Assembly (NCBI GenBank): GCA_964247055.1
Contig: OZ176056.1
Coordinates: 3,286,001-3,350,000, forward strand
DNA length: 64,000 nt
From: Paragordius varius
Taxonomy: Eukaryota; Animalia; Nematomorpha
Direction of reading: 5' to 3'
The position numbers were made by a program, and so were the translations under genes. The notes under the pieces were generated by a model. That model was given only the letters and a program-made list of their open reading frames with translations, ran no database searches and was not told the DNA's origin. This document shows, piece after piece, positions 54,701 to 64,000 of the stretch (within the stretch, counting starts at the first letter, position 1; each line of letters begins with the position of its first letter).

Positions 54701-55065
54701 TTCAAGAATGTCACGAGCTAAACATAATACAAAATAATTAATGGAAAAAACATACATATGATTAAAAATTAACTCTTACCCTGGAAATGAAACTGTTTAG
54801 TATCACTCGTGATACTAAATCCACTATCATCCTCGTCATCAATACCAATCATAGCATTCTAATTTTTTATAAAACGAAAAAAAATTAACCTTCAAATGGA
54901 TAACACCTCTGCAAGAACCACGTTTCATTTTATCTCTAGACTTTAAAATTATATGTTAAGGTGTACCGTATAATATATAAGGAAACCATTCTTTGAATCC
55001 AAAACAAACCATCTGTATTGCCAACCATTAACTAAGTTTGTCCATTTACTTAAGGGACCTTCCAT
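35065..55065 (-). CDS. OSBPL9: Oxysterol-binding protein-related protein 9 (PH + ORD), ~787 aa
   Basis: 24 phase-consistent exons: 54967-55065 ([23 protein letters not shown]), 54890-54940, 54780-54858, 54646-54717, 54521-54567, 54011-54118 ([10 protein letters not shown]), 52270-52350, 51940-51990, 51459-51551, 50688-50780, 50118-50256, 49312-49479, 48621-48705, 48246-48343, 46663-46825 ([21 protein letters not shown]), 42773-42950 ([10 protein letters not shown]), 41740-41803 (EQVSHHPP), 41210-41299, 40874-40958, 39066-39162, 38536-38658, 36511-36602, 35660-35795, 35065-35136. Confidence 0.96.
36780..36996. mobile_element. MITE family 3, Tc1/mariner-like (TA|CAGTATGCATTTT...)
   Basis: TIR CAGTATGCATTTTTATGATTGCTTATTTCAC / GTGAAATAAGCAACCATTAAAATGCATACT with TA flanks; related copies ~31555-31710 and ~48415-48575. 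Confidence 0.78.
37208..38298. mobile_element. Foldback element, TACCATTT family, variant C (unit AACGTTTTCCCAGTCAATCGA)
   Basis: TA|TACCATTTCCCAGTCTAAAT...ATTTAGACTGGGAAATGGTA|TA; 10 left and 6 right 21-bp units in inverted orientation; ~690 bp core with no recognisable coding content. Confidence 0.92.
41957..42190. mobile_element. TACCATTT family variant A, eroded ends
   Basis: tttacagttcaaattcccccttgaac, family core, gggtgaatttgaatagtttaaggg. Confidence 0.7.
43059..43301. mobile_element. TACCATTT family variant A copy
   Basis: TA|TACCATTTAG...TTGAAATGGTA|TA. Confidence 0.82.
43593..44332 (-). mobile_element. Penelope-like element, inverted internally deleted copy
   Basis: [28 protein letters not shown]...; joined directly to the GIY-YIG tail and 3' UTR; reverse complement of 44333-44565 and 46021-46462. 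Confidence 0.88.
44333..46462 (+). mobile_element. Penelope-like retroelement (RT + GIY-YIG endonuclease), 5'-truncated and decayed
   Basis: [60 protein letters not shown], and [28 protein letters not shown]...REAIEI; stops, frameshifts and a MITE insertion. Confidence 0.93.
45248..45600. mobile_element. TACCATTT family variant A inserted into the Penelope ORF
   Basis: TA TSD at 45246-47 and 45601-02; removing the element plus one TA restores tca att atc aaa act (SIIKTLIH). Confidence 0.95.
46923..47331. mobile_element. TACCATTT family variant A copy, 8+3 units (reverse orientation)
   Basis: TA|TACCATTTAC...GTAAATGGTA|TA. Confidence 0.92.
47455..48040. repeat. ~210 bp degenerate tandem repeat, interrupted by a deleted TACCATTT copy (~47545-47656)
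   Basis: gtaaaagactaatatata..ttaggt.caaaaaa...aaatccgttatat...gttttgcagaaaaagacgaagtccaaaaattaatt repeated. Confidence 0.75.
48748..48792. repeat. (TA)n microsatellite (one of many, e.g. ~1183-1210, ~23318-23351, ~26071-26098)
   Basis: Direct reading. Confidence 0.95.
49086..49246. repeat. Near-perfect inverted repeat (~65 bp arms, 31 nt loop)
   Basis: 49086-49151 is the reverse complement of 49183-49246 apart from one substitution and a 2-nt A-run difference. Confidence 0.92.
52390..53160 (-). pseudogene. Decayed hydrophobic multi-TM reading frame; nad2-like NUMT candidate
   Basis: One frame of ~257 codons with 7 internal stops; MGL..LPNLYS, KL and [10 protein letters not shown] spaced like nad2; T- and G-rich strand. 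The R..LAYSS motif is not visible. Confidence 0.4.
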
Positions 55066-58000
55066 CCAAAATCGATTTAAACCATGCGGTGTTTAAACAT
55101 GCGTAAAGGTGTATGAATTCATTAACACTTGGATACAATCATTTTCAGTTCTTCGATTCAAGCACTAGTAAGATACTCCAGACCTGTTTGAAATTAATAG
55201 CTTTAAAAAATATGGAATTTGAAAACATGGCAAAAGTTTGCACTTGTGTAACATTAATAAACGGAAATATAAAATATTTTTTAAAAAAATAATTGATATT
55301 ACTTATTTACAACACATTCATTTTAGTCTTTCGATTCAAATTGGGATAGTTGGATACCCCAGGCCTGTTTAAAATTAAATACTTTAAAAATTATGGAAGG
55401 GATACATACTATGGTAAATGTCTGCACTTTTATTAAATAAATGAACCAAAATATATAAAGCTCCATCAAAAATACTTGATATTACTTATTTTACGGTAAA
55501 ACTCAAAGGTAAAAATTTAGTCGACATGACAAGTGTTCATTAGCTAAAAAACACAACATAAACCACTTTTTCTGTTTATATCAATGTTAGAGATTTAAAT
55601 AATTAGCTTTATTTTTAGCTTCAAAATTAAATAACCCGATATTTTGCAAAAATATTGCATAAAAATGGCGCCAAAGTAGTTTGATGCGAAACTTAAAAAA
55701 CTTGTTTAGATATTTCGGCTTTATATAATGTTAATTAGGATAGAAGCATAAAATTAAACGTTTCTTTTAGTAGTTTTTTTAAAATCTCAACTTAAAAATA
55801 GTCCGAGGTATTCAGACACCCAGATTTGAATCAAAGTGTTAACATAATACAACAAATATCCACATACTTTTTTAGTATCCTATACATATAAAAACTTCAT
55901 GACTTATGGAATATTTTAATATTCCAGCGAGATAAATTTAAATATGCTAAAAAGTACCGAAGAAGTTAGGCTTATAAAATTATTCTCTAGGCCCATACTA
56001 GAAAAAATTAGATGTAAATTGTAAAAAAAGTCTCATCTTAAATTTTTTACCGCCAATTTTTTGTGAATTTTAAATGGCATTATGGCTAGGAAATGTAATG
56101 AATTAACCTTAGTTAGATTTCACGCTGCATCCAGCAAAAACTTGATATTTATTGATTTAAAAATAAGCTGTTTAGCTCAATCCTGTTTTGAAGCTGTTCC
56201 AATACTCTATAAGTCACAAAATTGGAACAATATATGATAATAATTAAAAAAGTAATTTTCGAAACATTAATTTATTCTCAATGGGCTATGGAAGTAAGAC
56301 TACCGATTATACCATCGACAAAAAGTGAAAAGGTCATGTGTTAGGAGTAAATTTTCTGGCCAAAGATTTAATCAAAAAATATCCTAATATATATCATAAA
56401 CTCTATATAAAAATCATTATTATATTTTACGCAGGCTCAAAAAACTTATTTGGAAACGTTTGACATAGAAATTTCTCTTAAAAACCTAAAAATGCCGATA
56501 TTGCGCAATAAAAATATTAGTTATAAGCTTATTAACAAAAAATGTATTTTGCAAAAAAATGGGTTTGCTCGAAAAAATTATCAAATTTTGTTGAATAGAA
56601 TAATATGATATTTTCGATCATGTTGGAAACGATATATAACTTTTAGATATCATAAAAATTGTTTTTATATAGTTTGAAATCACTGAAACATTAGATTATT
56701 CCATAATTTTGTTTGACTTCGAATTGTTAATAATTTTTATATGTAGTACAAATAAATAATAATCTTAGGCATAATTAGCATCGTTCGATTGTATAGAATT
56801 GTTTTTATAATATATTTAAGTATTTTTATGCCGTTTATGCTACAAAATACCATAAAATCGCTTTACCAAAAATTATTACATTATAATTTAATCAAAACAT
56901 CCATTTAAAGCTTTGAAATTTAGCACATATTATCATGATATACAGGCATTTTTGTGTCTAAATTAATAAACTTGCTGTAAGCCGGTCCAAAAATTTGAGT
57001 CTTTTGGAGACAACATCTTAAATTTTTATATTAATATTCTTTTGCTTCTTATATATTTATAATTTTTTACTCATATCCCTTAGGAATGAAACATTTAGTT
57101 TTCATAAATCATTTTTTTAATAGAGCAGCTTTCCTATATCACTGTAAAAACCAAGATCACCATGATATGTTTTATCACGATATTTTTACTCCCAAACTGG
57201 TTAAGTATATATATATATATATATATATATCACCAACATTTAATTTTAAGTGACAAAGCATTGGGGGTATTAGATTTATAGCCATTAAATCTTTAAATAT
57301 TAATTACCGCTTAATTATTTTAAAGCTATAAATGTTAAAGTTGTCGACTTTGGAAAAGTGTTAGGTTTTTTGGATTAAATTTGGTAAATAAGGGTATTAT
57401 AGTGGCTTTTAACTAATAAATAGAGTCTCATGGATACACTCTTTTAATTTGTCCCAATTTTCATCCTTATTCTTTAGGTAAACAATTATTTCGACAAAGT
57501 CACAGTGGGTCATGATAGGACATAGTTATTAATATTATACCTACATTATGAATAAACATAAGTATATGGTAGTTTTACCATAATTTTGAAGCATTCGAAA
57601 GAGTTTGACTGTATTTAACTTCATAACGGTAAATATTGAGAAAAACTGGAATATCGATTTTGGAATTCATTTTTAAATGGGGTCAACTAAGCCTATACCA
57701 AATATATCTCGTTTCGTTTAAAAAACGATTTCAATAAGATTTTGTGGTAATTTATTCTGTATTTGAGCTGTTTACGCAAATATTTTATTATTCCTTACCA
57801 ATTTAAGTTGGTAGGTTTTGGTATAATATTTGAAGAAAACGGCATTTATCTTGTATATTAGGTCAAGCAAAAAATTTTTACTATCTGAATACGTGTGAGC
57901 TACATCTTAGTTAATTTTCATTAACTAAGATATAACCCACATTGTTAGCATCTACGACTTTATATAGTATCTGATAATCTCAGTACTTAAAAGAACTAAA

Positions 58001-58635
58001 ATAAAAGTCGATATATGTATAAATTTCCCCATTAATTTGTTTAAATAAACAATTTTTATAAAAGAATAGATGGATATTAGCGAAATTTGGGTATAGTTAT
58101 ATTACCATATTATTTATACTCTTTCAAAACAATTTGATACATAATAGTTTTTTTGCTTCAGTTCTCATGCATAAAATTGATTTTGACGCCATTATTCCCG
58201 CTTTCGGATATAATATCCTGATTAAAAAAATTTACTCAAGGGAAGTTCAACGCAGAAAATATTGAAATGTTACCCTACTTTATTTACAAATAATATATAG
58301 CATATAGTTTAAAATATTTTTTCATCAAAATATAAATTATGGGCAAGGTATGTATCATAATTAAATTTTGTATTTTTCGCATTTTCGGGTCCCGCATTTT
58401 TGTTAGATTCGTCCTTTTCCACATCGCTATACGATAAATGTCATATAAAAGTTGAATAAAATTTCAAAAAATAATTAAAATGTACCTGGTGGCAGTCGGA
58501 ATATCTTCATCTATATATATTATAAGGTAAAAAACATAAATAATAAATAGCCAGTCTTATGTTCTAAAATAAAGATAAAAAAGTGTGGTAAATAAATAAA
58601 TTTCTATAGCCAAAAACTTTGTATCAATTTAATTA

Positions 58636-61600
58636 TTAGTCACCTGCTTTAGTGGGTTGTTCTAGAACTGCTTTACCTTCTGTGATATCATCATTATCAG
58701 CTGTGTTCTCTCTACATTCATCTTGAGATTCGGTAGTAGGGCGTTTTTTACATCGCTTGCAAACGCATTTAACGATACAAAAAAGTATTAAAATTTTAAC
58801 GATAATTAATCCTACAACTAAGACAATGATAATCGTTTTATGTTTTGCAAGATATGCCTTGGCTTTGGGACTAAGTAGCAAATTTGGAATTCCCTCCAAC
58901 ATTGTTTGATCGGTTTTATCTAACGAGGTGTCCGCATTTTTATAGAGCGTTAAATCTATTTGACAATCATTGATTTTAGTGTGGGAAAAGGGTGTTTTCC
59001 CACATTTTTGCACATATATATTGCTTTCGTCAGAGTTTGGTACAACTTGAGTATTATTAAAATCAGCGTTTTGTGAAGTGTTAAAATTATTTTTTTCTTC
59101 CGATTTTGGCGGTAATAGCAAGCAATATGGTTCAGTATCTGAAATATCATGGGCCTGGCAATACCATCTCGTATACCAAAGTGTAAATTTGGCAAAATTG
59201 CAATCACAACGCAGGTCATTATCTGTTAAGTCTATGTAAGTTAGTTGTGTGAAATTCCTAAATGAATTATCGCTAACACTTGCAATGTTATTGGAACTTA
59301 AATCGATAGTTATAAGTTTGAGCGGCAATTCATAATTTACGAAGGTGATGAATTGATTGAATGATAGATTGAGTTGTATTAGGTTTGGGAGATTGATAGT
59401 GGAAAACAATTTGGGGGGCAAATTGCGTAAAAAGTTTTCGCTTAAATCCAGCTTCAATAGTTTCGTGAATCCTAAAAAGATTTTGGAAGAAATATTGAGG
59501 CAGAGTATTGTGAAAAAATATTTTTTCATAAATCGATAAATTAAAAAGAGCGTTTCATCTCAAAAAAAATAAAGTCGTTTTTAACGACCATAAAAGATTT
59601 TATAAGATATCGGCATGTCTCCCTGAAATTGGTTAGTTATATTCTTACATAGGTATATCCATATTTAATTAATAGAATTTGATAATACAAATTTTTAAGG
59701 GTTATCTTATTTGTATAATAACATAAAAAAGAGATACGCCTTTTTCAGCCAAATCTGTTTTCATGGATTTTTTTGCAAAAACCGTTTTTGTGCTTATATA
59801 AAATTATTCTAGATAAATAATTCAAATGGGTTTACTGTTTAAAAACAATAACGGGTCGACTGCTTGTAAATACAGTACCTCATTGTCCTGGCAGTTATCA
59901 TTGATTATAAAATTAGCTGTTTAAAATGGATAACTTCAAAAATAAATTTTAACCGGCTCAAATTTAAAAAATGAAATTCGTAATTTATAAATGAAAATTT
60001 TATATACTTAGAGAGTCAAGATGGAAAAAAGGAAAGTCTAAATAGCAATCAATGGATTTAACCTAGAAAAAACCGAACCCTATTATTATTTCAAACACAG
60101 GATGATCATGTGTTTGAATGGGATTTTTAAAAGCCTACACAGTCACGTTCATGAATGAATTAATTAACCGAAAGCCTCATGAAAATGTATTTAAAATATG
60201 GATAAGAATTTCTGGATGAATATCTTATCAATACATTGATGAGAACTATTAACTATTTTAACAACTGAAACGATGGTTTACCCCGTCGCTATTTACGGAT
60301 TCGAATCATAGGTATGTAAATCTATCCACAAACGCGCATCAACTCATTTTAAATGTGGTGCTTCCGGATAATTAAACATTTCCTAAAAACCAAAAATTTT
60401 ATTTTACGATCTGGTGATCTAAACCAATTAAAAGGCCACATTTTTCGATCCGATTCCAAGGAAAAAAACATTGTCCTTGAGTTGCTTGATGGGTCTCGCA
60501 AAAGAGGCGGTCCCAAAAAGCGGTTTCTGGATATCATCAAATCAGTTAAAGCCTTACCCTCTCCCAAATAATTCAAAAGTCTCAAAATCGGCTGGAATGG
60601 AAAACGTTTATTAATGAGAATGCTAAGAGTCGCTACGCGACTAGCTTCTAAACAACAACACGTTAAAGTAGTATATGGTGATTTAATGCACTAATATACC
60701 ATGGATAATTTATGATAACTTATCAATCATTTTAACTTTACAATATGTGATAAATATATTACCTGCAAAATAATTTTCGGCCAAATCTTTTAACCGAACC
60801 GAATTTATTGTTAAACTTTGTAGGGTTGGTCCTACCTTTATAAACATTCTCGCAAATCCGTAATCAGGAATGGTCTTTGTCGAATTCTTACCACGTATAT
60901 CTCGATTAATGTATCCCTTGATTATGAAATGTTGAATATTTAATGTGCTAAACAAATCAACGCTATCAAAATCATCTGTGTACTCCAATTGAATAAGGCG
61001 TATCCGTTTTAGCTGAATATTAAATTTCAGGAACCCAGCGGCCAGCAGCCCTTGGAAATTAGTGTATGTACAAAATATTTCTTTCCCCCCATCCCTACAA
61101 TCACAGGGTGGGACAACTTGACACGTGTAAGTGTCACACTCAGAAATCATACTTTTTAACGTTGGTACCGTTGTAGACTTTGGTGTAGCAATTATGTTTG
61201 GAACAATTTGTTTGGTTTTTTTCATATTATTTCTATCATTAATATCAAAGAATTGATTTTGGGAACCTTTAATTTTAGGTATTGGCGTCACAGACGACGC
61301 TATTGATTTAGTACTGCTTTCATCTTTGGGTGGGAATATAAATTTTTGGAGTGATATATTTTCTTCATCCGTTACATCGTCAAGTTCATCATCTACGCCA
61401 CCGATTATTGCGTGTGGAGTCAACAAAAAATGGCAAAATGTTTGTTGTAAATCAGTTTGCATAAATTTGTTGGCAGGTATTTTAGGCATATATTCTTTGA
61501 GTGCTGAAAAAAATTTACGATTACCGCATGTACAACTCACCGGGTTCCCAGTCAAATTTAGGAAAAATAGGGTAGGAAGAGCCATAGTGACAACATCGGG

Positions 61601-62693
61601 TACAAAAGTGAATTTGTTCAGTTCCAATTGCAAGGATGCATTTTCAACAATTTTTACATCCAACACGCCAAACCAATCGTATGTGAAATTCGCAGATGTC
61701 AACAGTAAAATTTTGATTTGTAATCCAGGTGAATAGGATAAACTATTTACCACTCGAATCAATGGATTGAATCCGAGATACAATTCACGTAAATATTTAA
61801 GGTCAGCCAGGGTGGCAACGTCAAACACGGTAAGAGAGATATTGGTAACTGAAAAAAGGCGCAAATATCTCATATTTTTGATTAAACCCAATGGGAGTTC
61901 ACGGATCGGATTGTGCCGTATTGAAAGGGCTTGCAGATGTAGGTAATGACTAAAAGACCAATTACACAGTCTAGTAATATCATCATATCGTATGTATAGA
62001 GTTGTAATGCGTGCACTAAAATTAAAGTAGGGTATTTCACATTCGCGATCAAAGAGTTTGGGTGAAAAGATAATCTCCAGATAAATTTCATCCGTCGTTA
62101 ACCAACTGTGTTGGCTTACAAGACCGTTTACGGTTTCAAACGTAACTGTTTGACATTTTATGCGACTGGTGTTTAGGGTTCGACTCCGTGTAATGTCACA
62201 ATTCAAATCATGGTATTGACATATATTATCTACTCATTGTACAAAAGATATCTCAGAATGTAAAAATATTTACGAACTTATTAAAAATATATTCATTTTT
62301 GTAACGAAAATCAGAAAAATTTATTGCAAAAACAGTAAAAATTGATTGATATTGTTCAAACAAAACAAAAAATTAACAAATAATTTTCCTTAAATCATAC
62401 TTTTTAACCATATTTCCTGTATAAATTATTTAATTACAATTGTAATATATAAATTGTGTCACCAATTTACATCTCTATTTCATAATTTGCAGTTTAAAAC
62501 AATGCATTTTTTGAAATGATTTATCTTTTATACTGCCTGTATCCAATTTTCACTGTAACATTACCCAAAAACTCAATCAAATACCTTTGCACGAATTAGA
62601 ATTTGATTCATGACCGGCTTCAAATATAGTTAAAACAAAAAGAATCGATAATAATAATAATAACCTATTTCTTTTTAACCATAATATTAACAT
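58636..62693 (-). CDS. Single-pass LRR transmembrane protein with two LRR cassettes, no TIR, ~803 aa
   Basis: Exons 62585-62693 (MLILWLKRNRLLLLLSILFVLTIFEAG, signal peptide), 60763-62229, 58636-59471; LxxLxLxxN repeats; LRRCT motifs LTGNPVSCTC and LTDNDLRCDC; TM IIIVLVVGLIIVKILILFCIV; ~45 aa tail. Confidence 0.9.
60030..60660 (+). mobile_element. RTE-clade LINE 3' remnant in LRR intron 2
   Basis: TMVYPVAIYGFES*...RINSF*MWCFRII...GHIFRSDSKEKNIVL..DGSRKRGGPKKRFLDII...NRLEWK; ends in aacaacaac. Confidence 0.8.
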
Positions 62694-62950
62694 TAACTTT
62701 TGGCGTAATCATAAAACAAATCATTTAACACTTATAATTATTATAATTTATACTGTATAAAAAAAATTAAAAATGGTATCATTTATTTTAATTGTTGGTA
62801 ATACATTTATGAGTCAGACACTTTTAATTGATTACATTATGATTGCTATTATTAAAAAGAGGCAAAATTAATGATTTGGCATTGGAATTTATTCTTCCGC
62901 AGGTAATTATAATCACAAAATTTGATATAATAGTTGAATCTTGTAAAACA

Positions 62951-64000
62951 TCATATTTTTTCGTTGAGCTTTTTGTCGGCTACACCATTTACATTAGTAT
63001 GAGAGGATTGACTTGTTGAGGGTAGACTAATGTTTTCATTGTTAAGGCTACTTGTAGAACTTAACGAAGTTATTGATGGATTAGTTTTTAATTCACTTTT
63101 AATATTTGCGTTTGCGTTACTATCATCGGATATGATAGATGTCGTTTCATATGTTGATATGGCTAATTGATTTTTTTCAGAATCAGTTGTAAACGTTGGT
63201 TTATTTAGCGTATGCCCTTCATCGCACACATGCTGGCTAAGATTTCGTAGTTTTTCGTCCAAGATTTTATTGGATCGTTCCAATTCCTATTCATATGATT
63301 TATTTATTATATTTATTGAAACATTTCCTGGCACATTAACAACACAAATGTATAAAATGGAATCATATTCTAACCAGGTGCAGACATAAGTCATAGGTTT
63401 AACTAAAAGAAAATGTCAGCGAAAAGTGCGCTAACGATTAACTAGATACACACCTCATATCGTTTAACCAAACGCTACATTTTTTCATCCAAATGCAACA
63501 TTTTCCATCCAATCTTATCGATTGATATTTTTGGCGCACACTGCTTCAACACCAAAAACAATCATTGAAATATTTCTAAAAAAATCTCACCTTTTCAAAC
63601 AAATTCCGTAGTTTTTCAGCCGTGTTCTCCATAGTTGTTAACTGTTCCCTCAGTTCCAAAATTTGATTATCCTTTTCCCGTATTTCCTGTTCAAGTTTTG
63701 TTACAATGTATTGTGTTGTAATAAAATTGGCTTTTATATCTTTGTTTTCGTTAATATCTCTTGCTTGGTGAATGATTGTTCTTAGCGTCAAATCCAAGTC
63801 GGAAAGTTTGCGTTGTCGCTCTAGAAAGTTTTATTAGCTTATTATTATTTGACAAAAAACTTATTTATAAAGATTAATTTAAGAAAAAATTTTTAACCAT
63901 GCTCCTCGTTAACGCCTTGCAATGTGTCATCACGCAATCGCAATTTAATTTTTTCTAGGATACAGTCTTTTTCAATATTCATTAATAGCACTTGGCTAAG
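62951..64000 (-). CDS. Unidentified coiled-coil protein, 5'-partial (last 3 exons)
   Basis: Exons 63898->64000 (LLMNIEKDCILEKIKLRLRDD), 63591-63820 (KLEQEIREKDNQILELREQLTTMENTAEKLRNLFEK), 62951-63286 (S/T/N-rich tail); phases 1 and 0 match. Confidence 0.85.

Noticed and set aside
93-55065. Cip4, RABGGTB and OSBPL9 as a functional membrane-trafficking cluster
   Set aside because: Three trafficking genes in 55 kb is plausible by chance; no shared regulatory signal is visible and synteny cannot be tested here.
61326-62091. ORFs 61326-61736 (+), 61882-62091, 58956-59219 and 59357-59539
   Set aside because: Antisense or off-frame shadows of the LRR coding exons.
1-64000. tRNA, rRNA, snRNA or telomeric repeats
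   Set aside because: No cloverleaf with A/B boxes, rRNA-like block or telomere motif was seen by eye; a covariance-model scan was not run.

Overview
Very AT-rich (roughly 20-25% GC by eye, not computed) intron-rich animal nuclear DNA read with the standard code. I traced five genes exon by exon with matching splice phases: a Cip4/FNBP1/TOCA F-BAR-HR1 gene (minus, 15 exons, runs off the left edge), Rab geranylgeranyltransferase beta (plus, 9 exons), OSBPL9/ORP9 (minus, 24 exons), a single-pass double-LRR-cassette receptor without TIR (minus, 3 exons) and the 3' end of an unidentified coiled-coil protein (minus, right edge). A sixth, probably secreted orphan gene (minus, ~21.3-26.5 kb) is only partly resolved. 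Introns hold a decayed head-to-head Penelope retroelement pair with a degenerate hammerhead-like motif, RTE-LINE remnants (one with twin-priming geometry), several MITE families, minisatellites and a possible nad2-like NUMT. The most notable signals are three. (1) Obligatory 23-31 nt introns at the 5' ends of two conserved genes sit alongside kb-scale introns. (2) A foldback transposon family has fixed TA|TACCATTT ends and 21-bp-period arms in at least three different unit sequences. (3) One intron is largely built of ~9 tandem copies of its own upstream exon end plus 5' splice site. Protein identifications come from recalled family motifs; no database search was run.
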